Part shown: in pieces, positions 28,888 to 38,674 of the stretch
Position numbering within the stretch: position 1 is the first letter of the stretch
Layout: the number at the start of each line of letters is the position of its first letter
Assembly: GCA_004524445.1 (NCBI GenBank)
Contig: SDNP01000008.1
Location: 1-64,000 of the forward strand
Length of the DNA: 64,000 bases
Reading direction: 5' to 3'
Source of the DNA: Candidatus Thorarchaeota archaeon
GTDB taxonomy: Archaea > Asgardarchaeota > Thorarchaeia > Thorarchaeales > Thorarchaeaceae
Translations under genes and position numbers: made by a program
Notes under the pieces: model-generated
What the model saw: the letters and a program-made list of their open reading frames with translations, nothing else
The model's database searches: none
Told to the model about the DNA's origin: nothing

Positions 28888-29052
28888 GGCGAATCACTTG
28901 CCTCGTTTCCAGTACTCACAGTTTGAAAAGGATTTCCACATGAACATATACGTACAAACAATCATATGCAAGTGTTTTATTAGTCGAACTCTTCGCTTCT
29001 CAATTGGATAAATCTGCGATTTCATGCTAGATTAGAGAGGAGATGACACAAA

Positions 29053-29679
29053 ATGGTTGCTTCACTCAAATTACGAAAAGATGCAAAGAGCATTTCTCTC
29101 TTGGCGATTTTTTGCTCAATGGTTGTTTCATTGGAGGCGTTTCCGATCCTCGGGATTACCGATATCAAGGTACCCGGCTTGAATTTCACGCTTGATTGGA
29201 CTGGTATACCCATCGTTATCGTATTCATGAGTTTTGGTTTTGTATATTCCTTGATAGCAATCGCGATAATGTGGATATCAATTGCATTCCGGAATTTTCC
29301 AGGTGCTGCATTCAAAGGATTTGCAGAAATCTTCAGAATACTAGGTATTGCAGTTGGGTGGGTTCTTCTCAGAAATAGAGATGTTTCCCATGGAAAGAAA
29401 CTGGTGGTTTATGCAGCTATATCCTCTATCTTCTGTGCTGTCGGAATGTATGTGGTGAATATACTCCTGCTCCCCCTTTTCTATGGCATCCCATTAGAAA
29501 TAGCAGTTGCCACATCAGCCCTATACATGCCATGGAATGTTCTTCAGGCAATTGTGAATGTAATTGGGGGCGGAGCCTTCTATAAGATAATACCTGAGGA
29601 TTTGCGTATAGCTGCTGGATTCAAAGACTACGAGAACTTGCACTCATCAGAAATTGATCCATCCAATGCTGATTCATAA
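29053..29679 (+). CDS. ECF transporter S-component-like membrane protein
   Basis: About 6 TM; LDWTGIP...FG; PWNVLQA. Confidence 0.65.
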   Translation: MVASLKLRKDAKSISLLAIFCSMVVSLEAFPILGITDIKVPGLNFTLDWTGIPIVIVFMSFGFVYSLIAIAIMWISIAFRNFPGAAFKGFAEIFRILGIAVGWVLLRNRDVSHGKKLVVYAAISSIFCAVGMYVVNILLLPLFYGIPLEIAVATSALYMPWNVLQAIVNVIGGGAFYKIIPEDLRIAAGFKDYENLHSSEIDPSNADS

Positions 29680-29735
29680 TTCGCCATCCTATTGGTGTGT
29701 TTTACGCAATGCAACTGGAAAACGACTAAAATTGA

Positions 29736-30323
29736 CTAATTATCCATTAATGATATTTGTTCTTGAATAGTCTCGCTTTCCCAGACCCCTTCGTGGTACA
29801 TCCTGAAGTATCCTGTATCATCTATTATGACGATGGTGGGCGTGAATCGTATACTGAAATATGACGAAAAGACGCCATTAGTATCTAGCCCATGGTACCA
29901 AGCTAGTGAGCGGTCTTCTTTGTAGTCCGCCATTTGATCTGCTGTCGCACTAGTATCCACATTCAGTGAAACCACATGTATATTATCGCCCATGTCCTCC
30001 ATCAGAGTTTCAAATTCATCATTCTGCAGTTCGCATGCTGAGCAACCAAATGCCATGAGGTCGACCAGCAAAAATTTCCCTTCAAGCGATTCAAGTTCCA
30101 GTACTTCCCCGTCTGACATGATCAAGCCCCAGTTTGGCACTTCAAGCTCTTGGTCAATTAAGTCAACGTCAGTCTGGATGTCCGGACTACCACCTGAATT
30201 TCCACCGGTATTCTGGTCACTAGGTGAAAACGAGGCTAGCGAAAATCCAATCAATAGCCCAACAATTACGATTGCCGCGATTACACTTCCAATCATAATT
30301 TTCTCAGCATTCATTATCGCCAC
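29736..30323 (-). CDS. membrane-anchored TlpA/ResA-like thiol-disulfide redoxin
   Basis: N-terminal TM; LEGKFLLVDLMAFGCSAC; TPTIVIID. Confidence 0.85.
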   Translation of the reverse strand: MAIMNAEKIMIGSVIAAIVIVGLLIGFSLASFSPSDQNTGGNSGGSPDIQTDVDLIDQELEVPNWGLIMSDGEVLELESLEGKFLLVDLMAFGCSACELQNDEFETLMEDMGDNIHVVSLNVDTSATADQMADYKEDRSLAWYHGLDTNGVFSSYFSIRFTPTIVIIDDTGYFRMYHEGVWESETIQEQISLMDN

Positions 30324-30390
30324 TCACACCTGTGCAAGGTTTTTGCACAATCGGATATAAAGTAATTGATTTGTCACAGTATTCGTAGCG

Positions 30391-31065
30391 TCATTCGGAT
30401 GTACCAATATTCCCGAAATAGTGCTGATGATATTTTGAATTTGGCATACTAATCGTTTCGTCAGGCAGGGTGGAAATCTCTTTTCCCCACGGAGCCGATA
30501 GAAAAGTGATAGAGTGAGGCCGCGTGTTTCTATCAATATTAACATAGCCGTTCTTCATCAGTCCCTTTACATGCTTCCGAGTCTTACCAATTGATACTCC
30601 TGACTCCTCAGATACTTCTTTGTATGTTGTGTTTCCTAGAGCCCGGATTACTTCCAATATCCTGAACTGGGGCATAGAAAAGATGGCATCTCGTAGAAGA
30701 AGATTCTCTCTGAGAACTGCATTTTCATCCTGATGCATGTAGGTAGACAGTGTTGACCTCAAGCCGTTTATCTCTTCAAGGAGAGACGCCCGTTCTGCCT
30801 CAAATCGGCCAAATGCACCTGATGATGAATGAACGAGTTCGGTGCTGAGGTCATTAGCCAATCCGTCTAGGGCTTCTTTCGCTGCCATATGAGATTCATT
30901 GATAATCCCTGTCATATCCGAAACATCAAACCATTGTCCCTCAATTAGCTGATCCAGTCGGGAGAAGTAGGTATCGAGTCTAGAAACCCAAATGTCACGA
31001 ACTTCTTGAAAAACTCCAGCCATCTTGAGTGTCAACTTTGCCGCTGTTTCATCTGGACTTCCCAT
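30391..31065 (-). CDS. coiled-coil protein with C-terminal winged helix
   Basis: Helical/heptad N-terminal region; TYKEVSEESGVSIGKTRKHVKGLMKNGYV wHTH. Confidence 0.65.
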   Translation of the reverse strand: MGSPDETAAKLTLKMAGVFQEVRDIWVSRLDTYFSRLDQLIEGQWFDVSDMTGIINESHMAAKEALDGLANDLSTELVHSSSGAFGRFEAERASLLEEINGLRSTLSTYMHQDENAVLRENLLLRDAIFSMPQFRILEVIRALGNTTYKEVSEESGVSIGKTRKHVKGLMKNGYVNIDRNTRPHSITFLSAPWGKEISTLPDETISMPNSKYHQHYFGNIGTSE

Positions 31066-31205
31066 TAAAACCACATGATACCAAACTACACACAAAAGAT
31101 TAGAGCTAGTGTTGCCCGCGTATGACTAACTATCATGGAAAGAAGGTGAAATTTTTTTATCACATATGCCTATGTTTTTGAGTGACAGCATATTCTTGCT
31201 GATTC

Positions 31206-32378
31206 ATGTCCCCGATTCGAGAAGCTCGCAACGAAGACAGAGAAGAAATCTATAAACTCTTCTGGAAATCGTTCAATGTCTTGGGCGAAGTAGAAGAGGT
31301 ACCGTATTGGAATACGCCAGACAAGAAGAACTGGTCGTATGTCGCAGTCGAGGATGAGAAACCTGTAGCAACTGCATCATTCTCACATTTTGATAATTCT
31401 ATTCGAGGTGTTGAACTGCCAATCGCGGGAGTTTGGGGAGTGGCTACTGTGCCGCAATACAGGTATCAGGGGTTAGCACGTAAATTGATGAATGCTGCAT
31501 TTCAGCGAATGAAAAATGAAGAGATTGTATTCTCTATTCTTGACCCATTCTACATTCCATTCTATGAGAAATTTGGATATGCTCAAGCTGAGGTATTTAG
31601 AAGACATCTGATGACTAGGGAATCACTAAGATTGGCACATGCAAACGAGAACATCACATTCCATCAAATCAAAGAAAATGAGGACATCACAGATTTAATG
31701 ACGGTTCAGCAGTCAATGGGCCGGTACGGCTCAAGAATATTTCATCCAAAGCGGTGGCTTCAGACATATACCAAGAAGAACCATCTCTATGCCATTAAGG
31801 ATATGAATGAAACCGTTGCAATGATACGATTTTCATTTAGTAAGTTACAGAACGGCAAGAGGAAACTGACTGCGGATACAATTGGCTACACTCACGAGAA
31901 ATACATCCTTTCATTGATGAATCTAATTTACAAATACGGAACAAATGCTAATCAAATTGAGATTATCAGTGATCCTTCATTCCCAATCAGGAACTTCGTT
32001 GTTGATGATGATGATTTAGGCTCCACCATAGAAGGAAGAATGATGATTCGATTGATTGATTTCGAAAAGTATTGTGGCCGCATTGAAGTGCCCAAAGATG
32101 CTACTGAGAGCGTCGTGATCAAGCTCATAGATGGAAATTGTCCGTGGAACACCGGTGTCCACAAGATAACCCCTTCACGGGGCAAGCTTGAAGTTGAACA
32201 TGTTGATGAAACTCCGGATATAGTTCTTAGCGATTTTGAATTATCGAAGGTAGTTTCAGGATTAAATTCCGTGAGCCAGTTGCATTCTTTGCAGGAGATA
32301 TCTTGTTCTGAAGAAGTAGCTCAAAACCTTGAATCTATATTCCCTCTCGAACCACTGTTTTCCTATCCTCGTTTCTAG
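31206..32378 (+). CDS. Eis-like GNAT acetyltransferase
   Basis: GVATVPQYRYQGLARKLM; FYEKFGY; C-terminal DGNCPWNTG sterol-carrier-like domain. Confidence 0.88.
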   Translation: MSPIREARNEDREEIYKLFWKSFNVLGEVEEVPYWNTPDKKNWSYVAVEDEKPVATASFSHFDNSIRGVELPIAGVWGVATVPQYRYQGLARKLMNAAFQRMKNEEIVFSILDPFYIPFYEKFGYAQAEVFRRHLMTRESLRLAHANENITFHQIKENEDITDLMTVQQSMGRYGSRIFHPKRWLQTYTKKNHLYAIKDMNETVAMIRFSFSKLQNGKRKLTADTIGYTHEKYILSLMNLIYKYGTNANQIEIISDPSFPIRNFVVDDDDLGSTIEGRMMIRLIDFEKYCGRIEVPKDATESVVIKLIDGNCPWNTGVHKITPSRGKLEVEHVDETPDIVLSDFELSKVVSGLNSVSQLHSLQEISCSEEVAQNLESIFPLEPLFSYPRF

Positions 32379-32920
32379 TATGGAGCAATTCGGGTTTTCT
32401 CAATATGATTCCATGGGACAGGTTGCTCAATGGTCTCCTTGAATCTCAAAACAATCTCTCGAATTCCATAAGGGTTTTCGACAGCATCTAATGAGAGAGC
32501 TGGTTCACTCTCGCCTTCTGCATAGATTTCGATTTTTCCCTGGTCTGCTATTTCATCTTGGGCATCAGTTTGTACTTCGACTGAATCAATATCGTCATAA
32601 AATACTCTGCGAGTTGTCTTGCTTAGATAGCCAGTCCTCATTCTCACGTTCCAGTCTGTCAAAATATATAATGTACTTCTCCTCTTTAGTTCCGTCCAGA
32701 TCATCACTACAGAACCGAACAGAATTGCACCCAGTCCAAAAGTCCAAGCGATGAAGCTATATGCAATAAATCCTGCAGAACTACCAATCATAAAGACTAA
32801 CCCAACAGTGATGAAAATAGCCCCAGATATGTAGTTGAATAGCGAGGAAATCCTTTTCGGGCGAAAAGTAATGATTAGCTTTTCTCTTTGAATAGATTCA
32901 GGCTTTTCTACACCGCTCAT
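32375..32920 (-). CDS. membrane protein with bacterial PH-like (bPH_2) domain
   Basis: 2 TM followed by YILTD..V....GYLS......YDDI..V......G.I.I. Confidence 0.75.
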   Translation of the reverse strand: MSGVEKPESIQREKLIITFRPKRISSLFNYISGAIFITVGLVFMIGSSAGFIAYSFIAWTFGLGAILFGSVVMIWTELKRRSTLYILTDWNVRMRTGYLSKTTRRVFYDDIDSVEVQTDAQDEIADQGKIEIYAEGESEPALSLDAVENPYGIREIVLRFKETIEQPVPWNHIEKTRIAPY

Positions 32921-33003
32921 ATGTCACACATCATTGATTCAAATTATATTCCGTTCAGGACTTAATTGTCTATTTCATAAGCAAAACCATTGTGGCACAT
33001 CAT

Positions 33004-33408
33004 CTATTCTGATGGATAAATCTTCCAGAGAGTATCACATGCGTTCACAACATGCCCGATTAGTATCTTGATTTCTTCAGCAGTTATGTCGGTATCGTTC
33101 GTTTCTGCTAGAACAATAATATCGTCTTCTTCATCAATAGCGAACTTTACGCCATTGGCTTTCCAAGACTCTCTCAGCATATCAACTGCTAATTTTCCTC
33201 TATCATCCTCATCTACCTGATAGAAGTTTGTGAAGGGTGCAACTATATAGACCCATGATTCATCGGCATTCGCAACCACCTTTATTTTCAAGTCTTGAAA
33301 GTGGTCGGTTCGCCACCGCATAGTTAGGACGTTTTCATCATGTGTGTACTTTATGTCGATTTCATCAAGAAGACCGGAAATATGGTCAAGTACGCCCATT
33401 ATCACCAC
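33004..33408 (-). CDS. YbjN / T3SS-chaperone-like fold protein
   Basis: Acidic 134 aa; KLAVDMLRESW...VKFAIDEEDDI pattern. Confidence 0.55.
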   Translation of the reverse strand: MVIMGVLDHISGLLDEIDIKYTHDENVLTMRWRTDHFQDLKIKVVANADESWVYIVAPFTNFYQVDEDDRGKLAVDMLRESWKANGVKFAIDEEDDIIVLAETNDTDITAEEIKILIGHVVNACDTLWKIYPSE

Positions 33409-33561
33409 TGTATCTAGCCCATTCTACCCGACATATTAAGATGTCTGTTACTCGGGAGGAATGTGAACCCGCTCAGCCTCGTGCCGTTTGCAAACAGTCA
33501 TTCCATTTAGAATTCAAGTATCATAAGCTTCATTACGTGTTCATCATTCGATGCATCAACC

Positions 33562-34371
33562 ATGAAGCTGGCAGTAGTTGGAAAAGGTGGCGTTGGAAAG
33601 ACAACTGTGGCTGGAACACTTGCTAGATTGATAGGTCGCGATGGGAATAGTGTTCTCGCTGTTGATGCAGATCCTAACTATAATCTCTGGTCCGCTATTG
33701 GCATACAACAGAGCCGTGCTTCGAAAATTGTACCACTACTAAATGACGAAAATTTGGTACACGATAGAACTCGTAGTAAGATTGTAAGAGTCCTAGGCGA
33801 CTACTTTGCTTTGAATCCACGGGTAGATGACATTGCTGACAAATTCGCAGTTGACGGACCAGACAATGTCAGACTACTTGTTGCTGGAACTGTTACCATG
33901 GGTGATTCGGGATGCATGTGTCCCTCTGCAGCACTCCTTAAATCCCTAATTCAGCACCTTGCTCTCCAAGAAAATGAAACTCTCATTATGGACATGGATG
34001 CAGGAATTGAGAATATGGGTAGAGGAACCACAAAAGGAATGGATGCGCTGTTGATTGTGGTAGAACCAGGGAAACGATCCCTAGAAACCCTTGGTAGGAT
34101 AAAGAAGCTAGCCGCAGACATTGGGACCGATAGAGTATTTGCCGTTGCCAATAGAGTAGACGGAGAGTCTGATAGAAAAATCATTGAAGAATACGCATCC
34201 GAACATGGAGTCAAGATTCTTGCATATATCCCGGTTGATCGAAAACTCAAGCTTGCCGATCTAAAGGGAATAGCCCCGCTGGATATGATGGAAACCGGCC
34301 CTGCAATTGAGGAACTAAAAGGCCTCAAGAAGAAACTAGACTCCGTACTCAATGATGACAATTTAAACTAG
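33562..34371 (+). CDS. cooC: CooC-like nickel-insertion ATPase
   Basis: GKGGVGKTT, DADP, GCMCP and DMDAGIENMGRG motifs. Confidence 0.88.
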   Translation: MKLAVVGKGGVGKTTVAGTLARLIGRDGNSVLAVDADPNYNLWSAIGIQQSRASKIVPLLNDENLVHDRTRSKIVRVLGDYFALNPRVDDIADKFAVDGPDNVRLLVAGTVTMGDSGCMCPSAALLKSLIQHLALQENETLIMDMDAGIENMGRGTTKGMDALLIVVEPGKRSLETLGRIKKLAADIGTDRVFAVANRVDGESDRKIIEEYASEHGVKILAYIPVDRKLKLADLKGIAPLDMMETGPAIEELKGLKKKLDSVLNDDNLN

Positions 34372-34493
34372 CATCCCTCAGCCAGCGATTCCGGTCCCAA
34401 AACAAGACGACAAGTATCAATCCTCGCGGGATGGCTTCAGTATTGATGGCGGATCCCAATGAATGCCTTATTCATCATGATTGAGGTTAATTA

Positions 34494-34733
34494 CTACTTC
34501 TTGCGTTTCAGGAACCACACTAGCTTATCATCTTCTTCTCGCAATTCAAGGATTTCATTGCCTGTGCGGTCAGCCCAAGCTGGAAAATCTTTCTTTGTTC
34601 CGATATCTGTCGCAATTACCTTGAGAATTTCTCCAACTTCTATTTCCTTCATTTCTTTCTTTGTCTTTAAAACCGGCATAGGGCATCGCAACCCACTGGC
34701 GTCAAACTCCCTAGCAACTTGATGTTCAGTCAT
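34494..34733 (-). CDS. tusA: TusA-family sulfurtransferase
   Basis: DASGLRCPMP...ATD...DFPAW. Confidence 0.92.
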   Translation of the reverse strand: MTEHQVAREFDASGLRCPMPVLKTKKEMKEIEVGEILKVIATDIGTKKDFPAWADRTGNEILELREEDDKLVWFLKRKK

Positions 34734-34895
34734 AGGTTATCAACTAGTACCAAAATGAATCTCGTTTCCATTTTTATGAGTTTTCATTTACCTATTCGTG
34801 CATGATTATGAATTGTTATTACAATATGAAACTCCTGGCATTTGTCTTTGCGACACATTTATCAATGCCATTGTCTATAGTTAACCTAAGTTTCG

Positions 34896-35303
34896 GTGAG
34901 TGATATGGCGGTATACCAGCTACTTCTCTTCGTACTCTTTGCACTGAATATCAGCAGTATGTTTTCAGGATTCTTGCTTGCGAGACGAATGGGTATGTAT
35001 CTTATGACACAGGTAATGATGTTGATGTTAGCAATGTTTGCTGGACTGGTTGGACTGGCATTTGGTATACTTCTGTACCCTGCAGTACCAGTATTGTTTG
35101 ACCTATTACATCTTATAGTATTGATTGACTTTGTGCTAGTTTTCCTGGCAGCTCTGATGGAATTCATCCAGGTCCTGCCAATTCTGATGAAAACTATGCA
35201 AGGGGCTCCAATACACAGTTCACACATCACTAATCTTCTGCTGACAATGTTCTTAGCTCTAGCCATGGTTATCTATTATGTAGATATTGCAACGATAATG
35301 TGA
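34896..35303 (+). CDS. small hypothetical membrane protein (about 4 TM)
   Basis: Almost entirely hydrophobic; 14 nt upstream of the dsrE-like gene. Confidence 0.65.
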   Translation: MSDMAVYQLLLFVLFALNISSMFSGFLLARRMGMYLMTQVMMLMLAMFAGLVGLAFGILLYPAVPVLFDLLHLIVLIDFVLVFLAALMEFIQVLPILMKTMQGAPIHSSHITNLLLTMFLALAMVIYYVDIATIM

Positions 35304-35317
35304 GGAGATGAAAAATA

Positions 35318-35698
35318 ATGGAAACAAGCAATAACAACTCGAGCATATATATAATCGCACAATGGGGTCCTGAGGCTGCTGAACGCTGTTATGCACCGTT
35401 CGTCACGGGAACAACAGCTCAGGCTCAAGAAGTCGAAGCGAAAATCTTCTTGATGATGGATGCAGTTTGGCTCGTAAAAAAAGGCATTGCTGAGAAAGTC
35501 ACAGCGCCTGGATTTCCACCGTTGCCCGATCTGATAGATACATTTCTTGAGGAAGGAGGCAAAATTGAGGTTTGCTCAAATTCGGCTCAATTCAGGGGAC
35601 TTACATCGGACCAGTTCCGCGATGACAGAATCACCATCGCTGGCGCAGCTACTATGGTCGATGATACTCTGAATTACGATCGTACGATGTACTTCTAG
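35318..35698 (+). CDS. DsrE/DsrF-like sulfur relay protein
   Basis: APF..A...IFLMMDAVWL...GGKIEVC...AGAA; GAGGAG RBS. Confidence 0.85.
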   Translation: METSNNNSSIYIIAQWGPEAAERCYAPFVTGTTAQAQEVEAKIFLMMDAVWLVKKGIAEKVTAPGFPPLPDLIDTFLEEGGKIEVCSNSAQFRGLTSDQFRDDRITIAGAATMVDDTLNYDRTMYF

Positions 35699-35699
35699 T

Positions 35700-35718
35700 A
35701 AGGAGGGGTTCCCTCCTT
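35700..35718. terminator. hairpin between convergent genes
   Basis: AAGGAGGG-GTT-CCCTCCTT. Confidence 0.5.
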
Positions 35719-35734
35719 CTTGGAGTTTTGGGAG

Positions 35735-36682
35735 TCAAAGCTTCGACAAAACCTCCCGGCCCATCAGCTCAATTTGTTCTTCCTCTTGTTCGTGCGGAAA
35801 CATGAATATCAATTGATCACACCCAAACTCAATATACTCATGTATAGTCTGAGAAATATGTTCAGGAGTTCCCCAGAAAGCTGATTTTACGCGTTCGCGA
35901 TATTCTTTCTCACTAATCCCTCTCGACTTTGCGTTTTGTCTAATGGTTTCTTCCATCTGCTCGTCAGTTTCAAAAACATGGGTCCAAAGGCCAACAGAAT
36001 ATTTGAATTCATCAGGATTTCTGTCATATTGTCGCAGTTTCTTGTCTAGTCGTTCAAAGATATCCTTGGTATCACCTGGAGTAAATGACCAAGCAATGTT
36101 GATTCCATCGCCAAATTCAGCTGCCACATCAAGCATTTTAGGACCCGCCTTCATCGTACCAACCCAAATCGTCGGATGCGGTTGCTGCACTGGCTTAGGA
36201 TAAGAAACGACCTCTTTAACTTCATAATGGTCTCCATTCATCGAGAATTTTTCTTCGGTCCATATTCCTCTAATGATCTGAATGGCCTCAGCGAGCTGTG
36301 CTATTCTAACTGAATCATCGGGAAAGGGAATCCCATATGCCTGATATTCCAATTGCTTCCAGCCGGCACCGATACCGAATTCAAGTCGTCCATCTGAAAC
36401 ATTGTCTAACGATGCACCCATCTTTGCATGTAACGGGGGATACCGGTAGCTATTACAGAATACAAGACTGCCCATTCTGACTTCTTTATTGAGCTGGCTC
36501 AGTGCGGCCATAATAATCCAAGGATCAAGCAGAACCCGGTCGGCTGTATCCTGATTCAACATGAAATGATCAGAGAACCAAAGAGTAGCTAGCTTGTTCT
36601 CCACTGCTAGGTCAGCAAGTTTCACGATTTCATCGAGTTCGAAGCCAAATTGTGGTTCAATTTGAATGCCAAAGCCAGTCAT
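35735..36682 (-). CDS. LLM-class (probably F420-dependent) oxidoreductase
   Basis: WFSDHF, GRLEFGIGAGW and PKPVQQPHPTIWVG motifs; likely start 36682. Confidence 0.88.
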   Translation of the reverse strand: MTGFGIQIEPQFGFELDEIVKLADLAVENKLATLWFSDHFMLNQDTADRVLLDPWIIMAALSQLNKEVRMGSLVFCNSYRYPPLHAKMGASLDNVSDGRLEFGIGAGWKQLEYQAYGIPFPDDSVRIAQLAEAIQIIRGIWTEEKFSMNGDHYEVKEVVSYPKPVQQPHPTIWVGTMKAGPKMLDVAAEFGDGINIAWSFTPGDTKDIFERLDKKLRQYDRNPDEFKYSVGLWTHVFETDEQMEETIRQNAKSRGISEKEYRERVKSAFWGTPEHISQTIHEYIEFGCDQLIFMFPHEQEEEQIELMGREVLSKL

Positions 36683-36731
36683 TGCAATCAAGGATAATGA
36701 TGTGGTTGAGCATGGATTAACTTTGTCACTA

Positions 36732-38489
36732 TTAGCAATGACTTGCCACCCGTGAGAATCTGGCACATCCTCTTATCATCATCTCTGTTACTGCTTGACG
36801 AATTCTTGTTGCGTCTGTAAGACCAGCAATTTCTCGGTCACATATTCTTGTTACAGGCAACATTGGCAGGGCTTTCCTATCTAAGTGAACAGATGGGTCA
36901 TCGATATTTATGATCTCAATTGCAGAAGAGCTAATATCAAACAACTCTAAGACACCGACCAAAATATCCAAGGATGGACCGCAAAATAAGCAATGGTCGG
37001 ACATATAAAAGGCAATGCAGGAGTCCCGGCCACACTCTAAAGTCTCATCTTCCTTCCACAGGTCCAACTCGATAGCAATACGGGTTCCGAGAGAAGGTTT
37101 GCCTTCTACTCTATCTTCTACCCAAATTTCTCCCCCAATACTGTGAATAATCGTACGAACAAGGGTCAGACCTAATCCTCTTCCGCCGTTCCTACCTCCT
37201 AAAGACTGCGTTCTATTGAATATGATTCGCTTAAGACTATCAGGTATTCCTGGGCCTTGATCTTCAATCTCAATCCTAACTCTGTCTTTGAAAGTCTTCT
37301 CGTTTACTTCTACTCTGATATTCGTCGCAGTACTGGGATCATGAACAATCGCATTCTCAAGTACATTAAAAAAAACATCTTCCAGGTTCTCGTTTGCAAA
37401 GACCTCCACGCCGTCAATACTACCCTCAAGAGTTATTTCTATATCCTTGTGAACTATCTGGTCTTCTATATGTGAAACCACATTACGTATGCATGATGCT
37501 AGATTTACTGCTTCACGTTTGGGAGGGTGATCTCGAAGCTGATTGAGTTTGCGGAGATTGGATATCATTCTCGCTCCCCTCCTTATCTCCCAGTTCGCTT
37601 CTAGAAGCTTCGTCTTTGCGTCTTGGGGCAGTTTCACAGTTTCCAGAACATATCCGATGGAAAACAAAATACTCTGGTTCACATTATTCAAATCATGGGT
37701 CATTACTTCAGTCCACAGCGCTACTTGCTCTTGGGCAATATTCCTGCTTTCCTCTGCCGTTTTTCTGGCCGTAATATCGACAGCCAGAATATCAATGACC
37801 GGCTTCTGTTCTAAATCAAAATATAGGGCGGTCAAGCTAACCCAAACCGACTCATTATCAGAATTTACAAGCTCGACCTCAATATCCTGAATTTTCTTAC
37901 CCTGAAGCAATTCTCGGATGAGTTGAGACGTAATAGAGTTTTCATTGCCACCTGATCGCTTTATCAGAGGATCGAAGTGCCGTTTTAGAAGATCATCTCT
38001 TTTGTAACCCAATAGTTCAACTGCGGAGGCATTTATATCCTGAATGATCCCCCTCTTACTCAATCTAAAGCTCGGGACGAGGGAGTCGTATATTACGGTT
38101 TCATAATCGGACTTGGATTCTTGATAATCTCGCATGCCCCCACGGAGTTTGATTATGAAGCCATTGTTTGCGTTCAATGAAACAACGGAGCACTCTATAT
38201 CATAAGGCGTAGACGTGCCCTTATACCTAATCATCCTAGCGGCGAGGACATTATCTTTTGATCTGGCAAGATTGGAGAGAAAAGATGCGCCACCTTGGTC
38301 ATGTTTGATTTCCAAATCAATAACATCGAGAATTCTTTTTCCTACCAGTTCATCCCTGGGAACTTCAAGAAATCGCTCAGCAGCGTTATTACATGTGTCA
38401 ATGGTATCTCCATTAATTATCAAAAGGGGTTCATTTGAAAGGTTGAGAATTTTTTGTACGAAGGATTCGCTCTCAAGACTCCATTTCAT
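36732..38489 (-). CDS. PAS-PAS sensor histidine kinase with C-terminal thioredoxin-like CxxC domain
   Basis: H-box MTHDLNN; N-box NVLENA; DQGPGI; GRGLGL; tail FYMSDHCLFC...LPMLP. Confidence 0.88.
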   Translation of the reverse strand: MKWSLESESFVQKILNLSNEPLLIINGDTIDTCNNAAERFLEVPRDELVGKRILDVIDLEIKHDQGGASFLSNLARSKDNVLAARMIRYKGTSTPYDIECSVVSLNANNGFIIKLRGGMRDYQESKSDYETVIYDSLVPSFRLSKRGIIQDINASAVELLGYKRDDLLKRHFDPLIKRSGGNENSITSQLIRELLQGKKIQDIEVELVNSDNESVWVSLTALYFDLEQKPVIDILAVDITARKTAEESRNIAQEQVALWTEVMTHDLNNVNQSILFSIGYVLETVKLPQDAKTKLLEANWEIRRGARMISNLRKLNQLRDHPPKREAVNLASCIRNVVSHIEDQIVHKDIEITLEGSIDGVEVFANENLEDVFFNVLENAIVHDPSTATNIRVEVNEKTFKDRVRIEIEDQGPGIPDSLKRIIFNRTQSLGGRNGGRGLGLTLVRTIIHSIGGEIWVEDRVEGKPSLGTRIAIELDLWKEDETLECGRDSCIAFYMSDHCLFCGPSLDILVGVLELFDISSSAIEIINIDDPSVHLDRKALPMLPVTRICDREIAGLTDATRIRQAVTEMMIRGCARFSRVASHC

Positions 38490-38674
38490 TTCATGACAAC
38501 CCCTAGCTAGGACCAATCTCTACAGATGTAACCTGAAAAGGTGTTCAACGGGATTCCATCTTTGTTTCTAGTCCTATTCTTCCGCAGGTAATCTTTTCTG
38601 CAAAATCTATGGATATGATTTTTGCGTTAGGTCTATTGGTTTTCCTGACGCATGGATATGTTTATCATTACTCA

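Noticed and set aside
36732-37035. Kinase tail as a KaiB domain (circadian system)
   Set aside because: KaiB lacks a CxxC motif and no kaiC is in the window; only the fold analogy is retained
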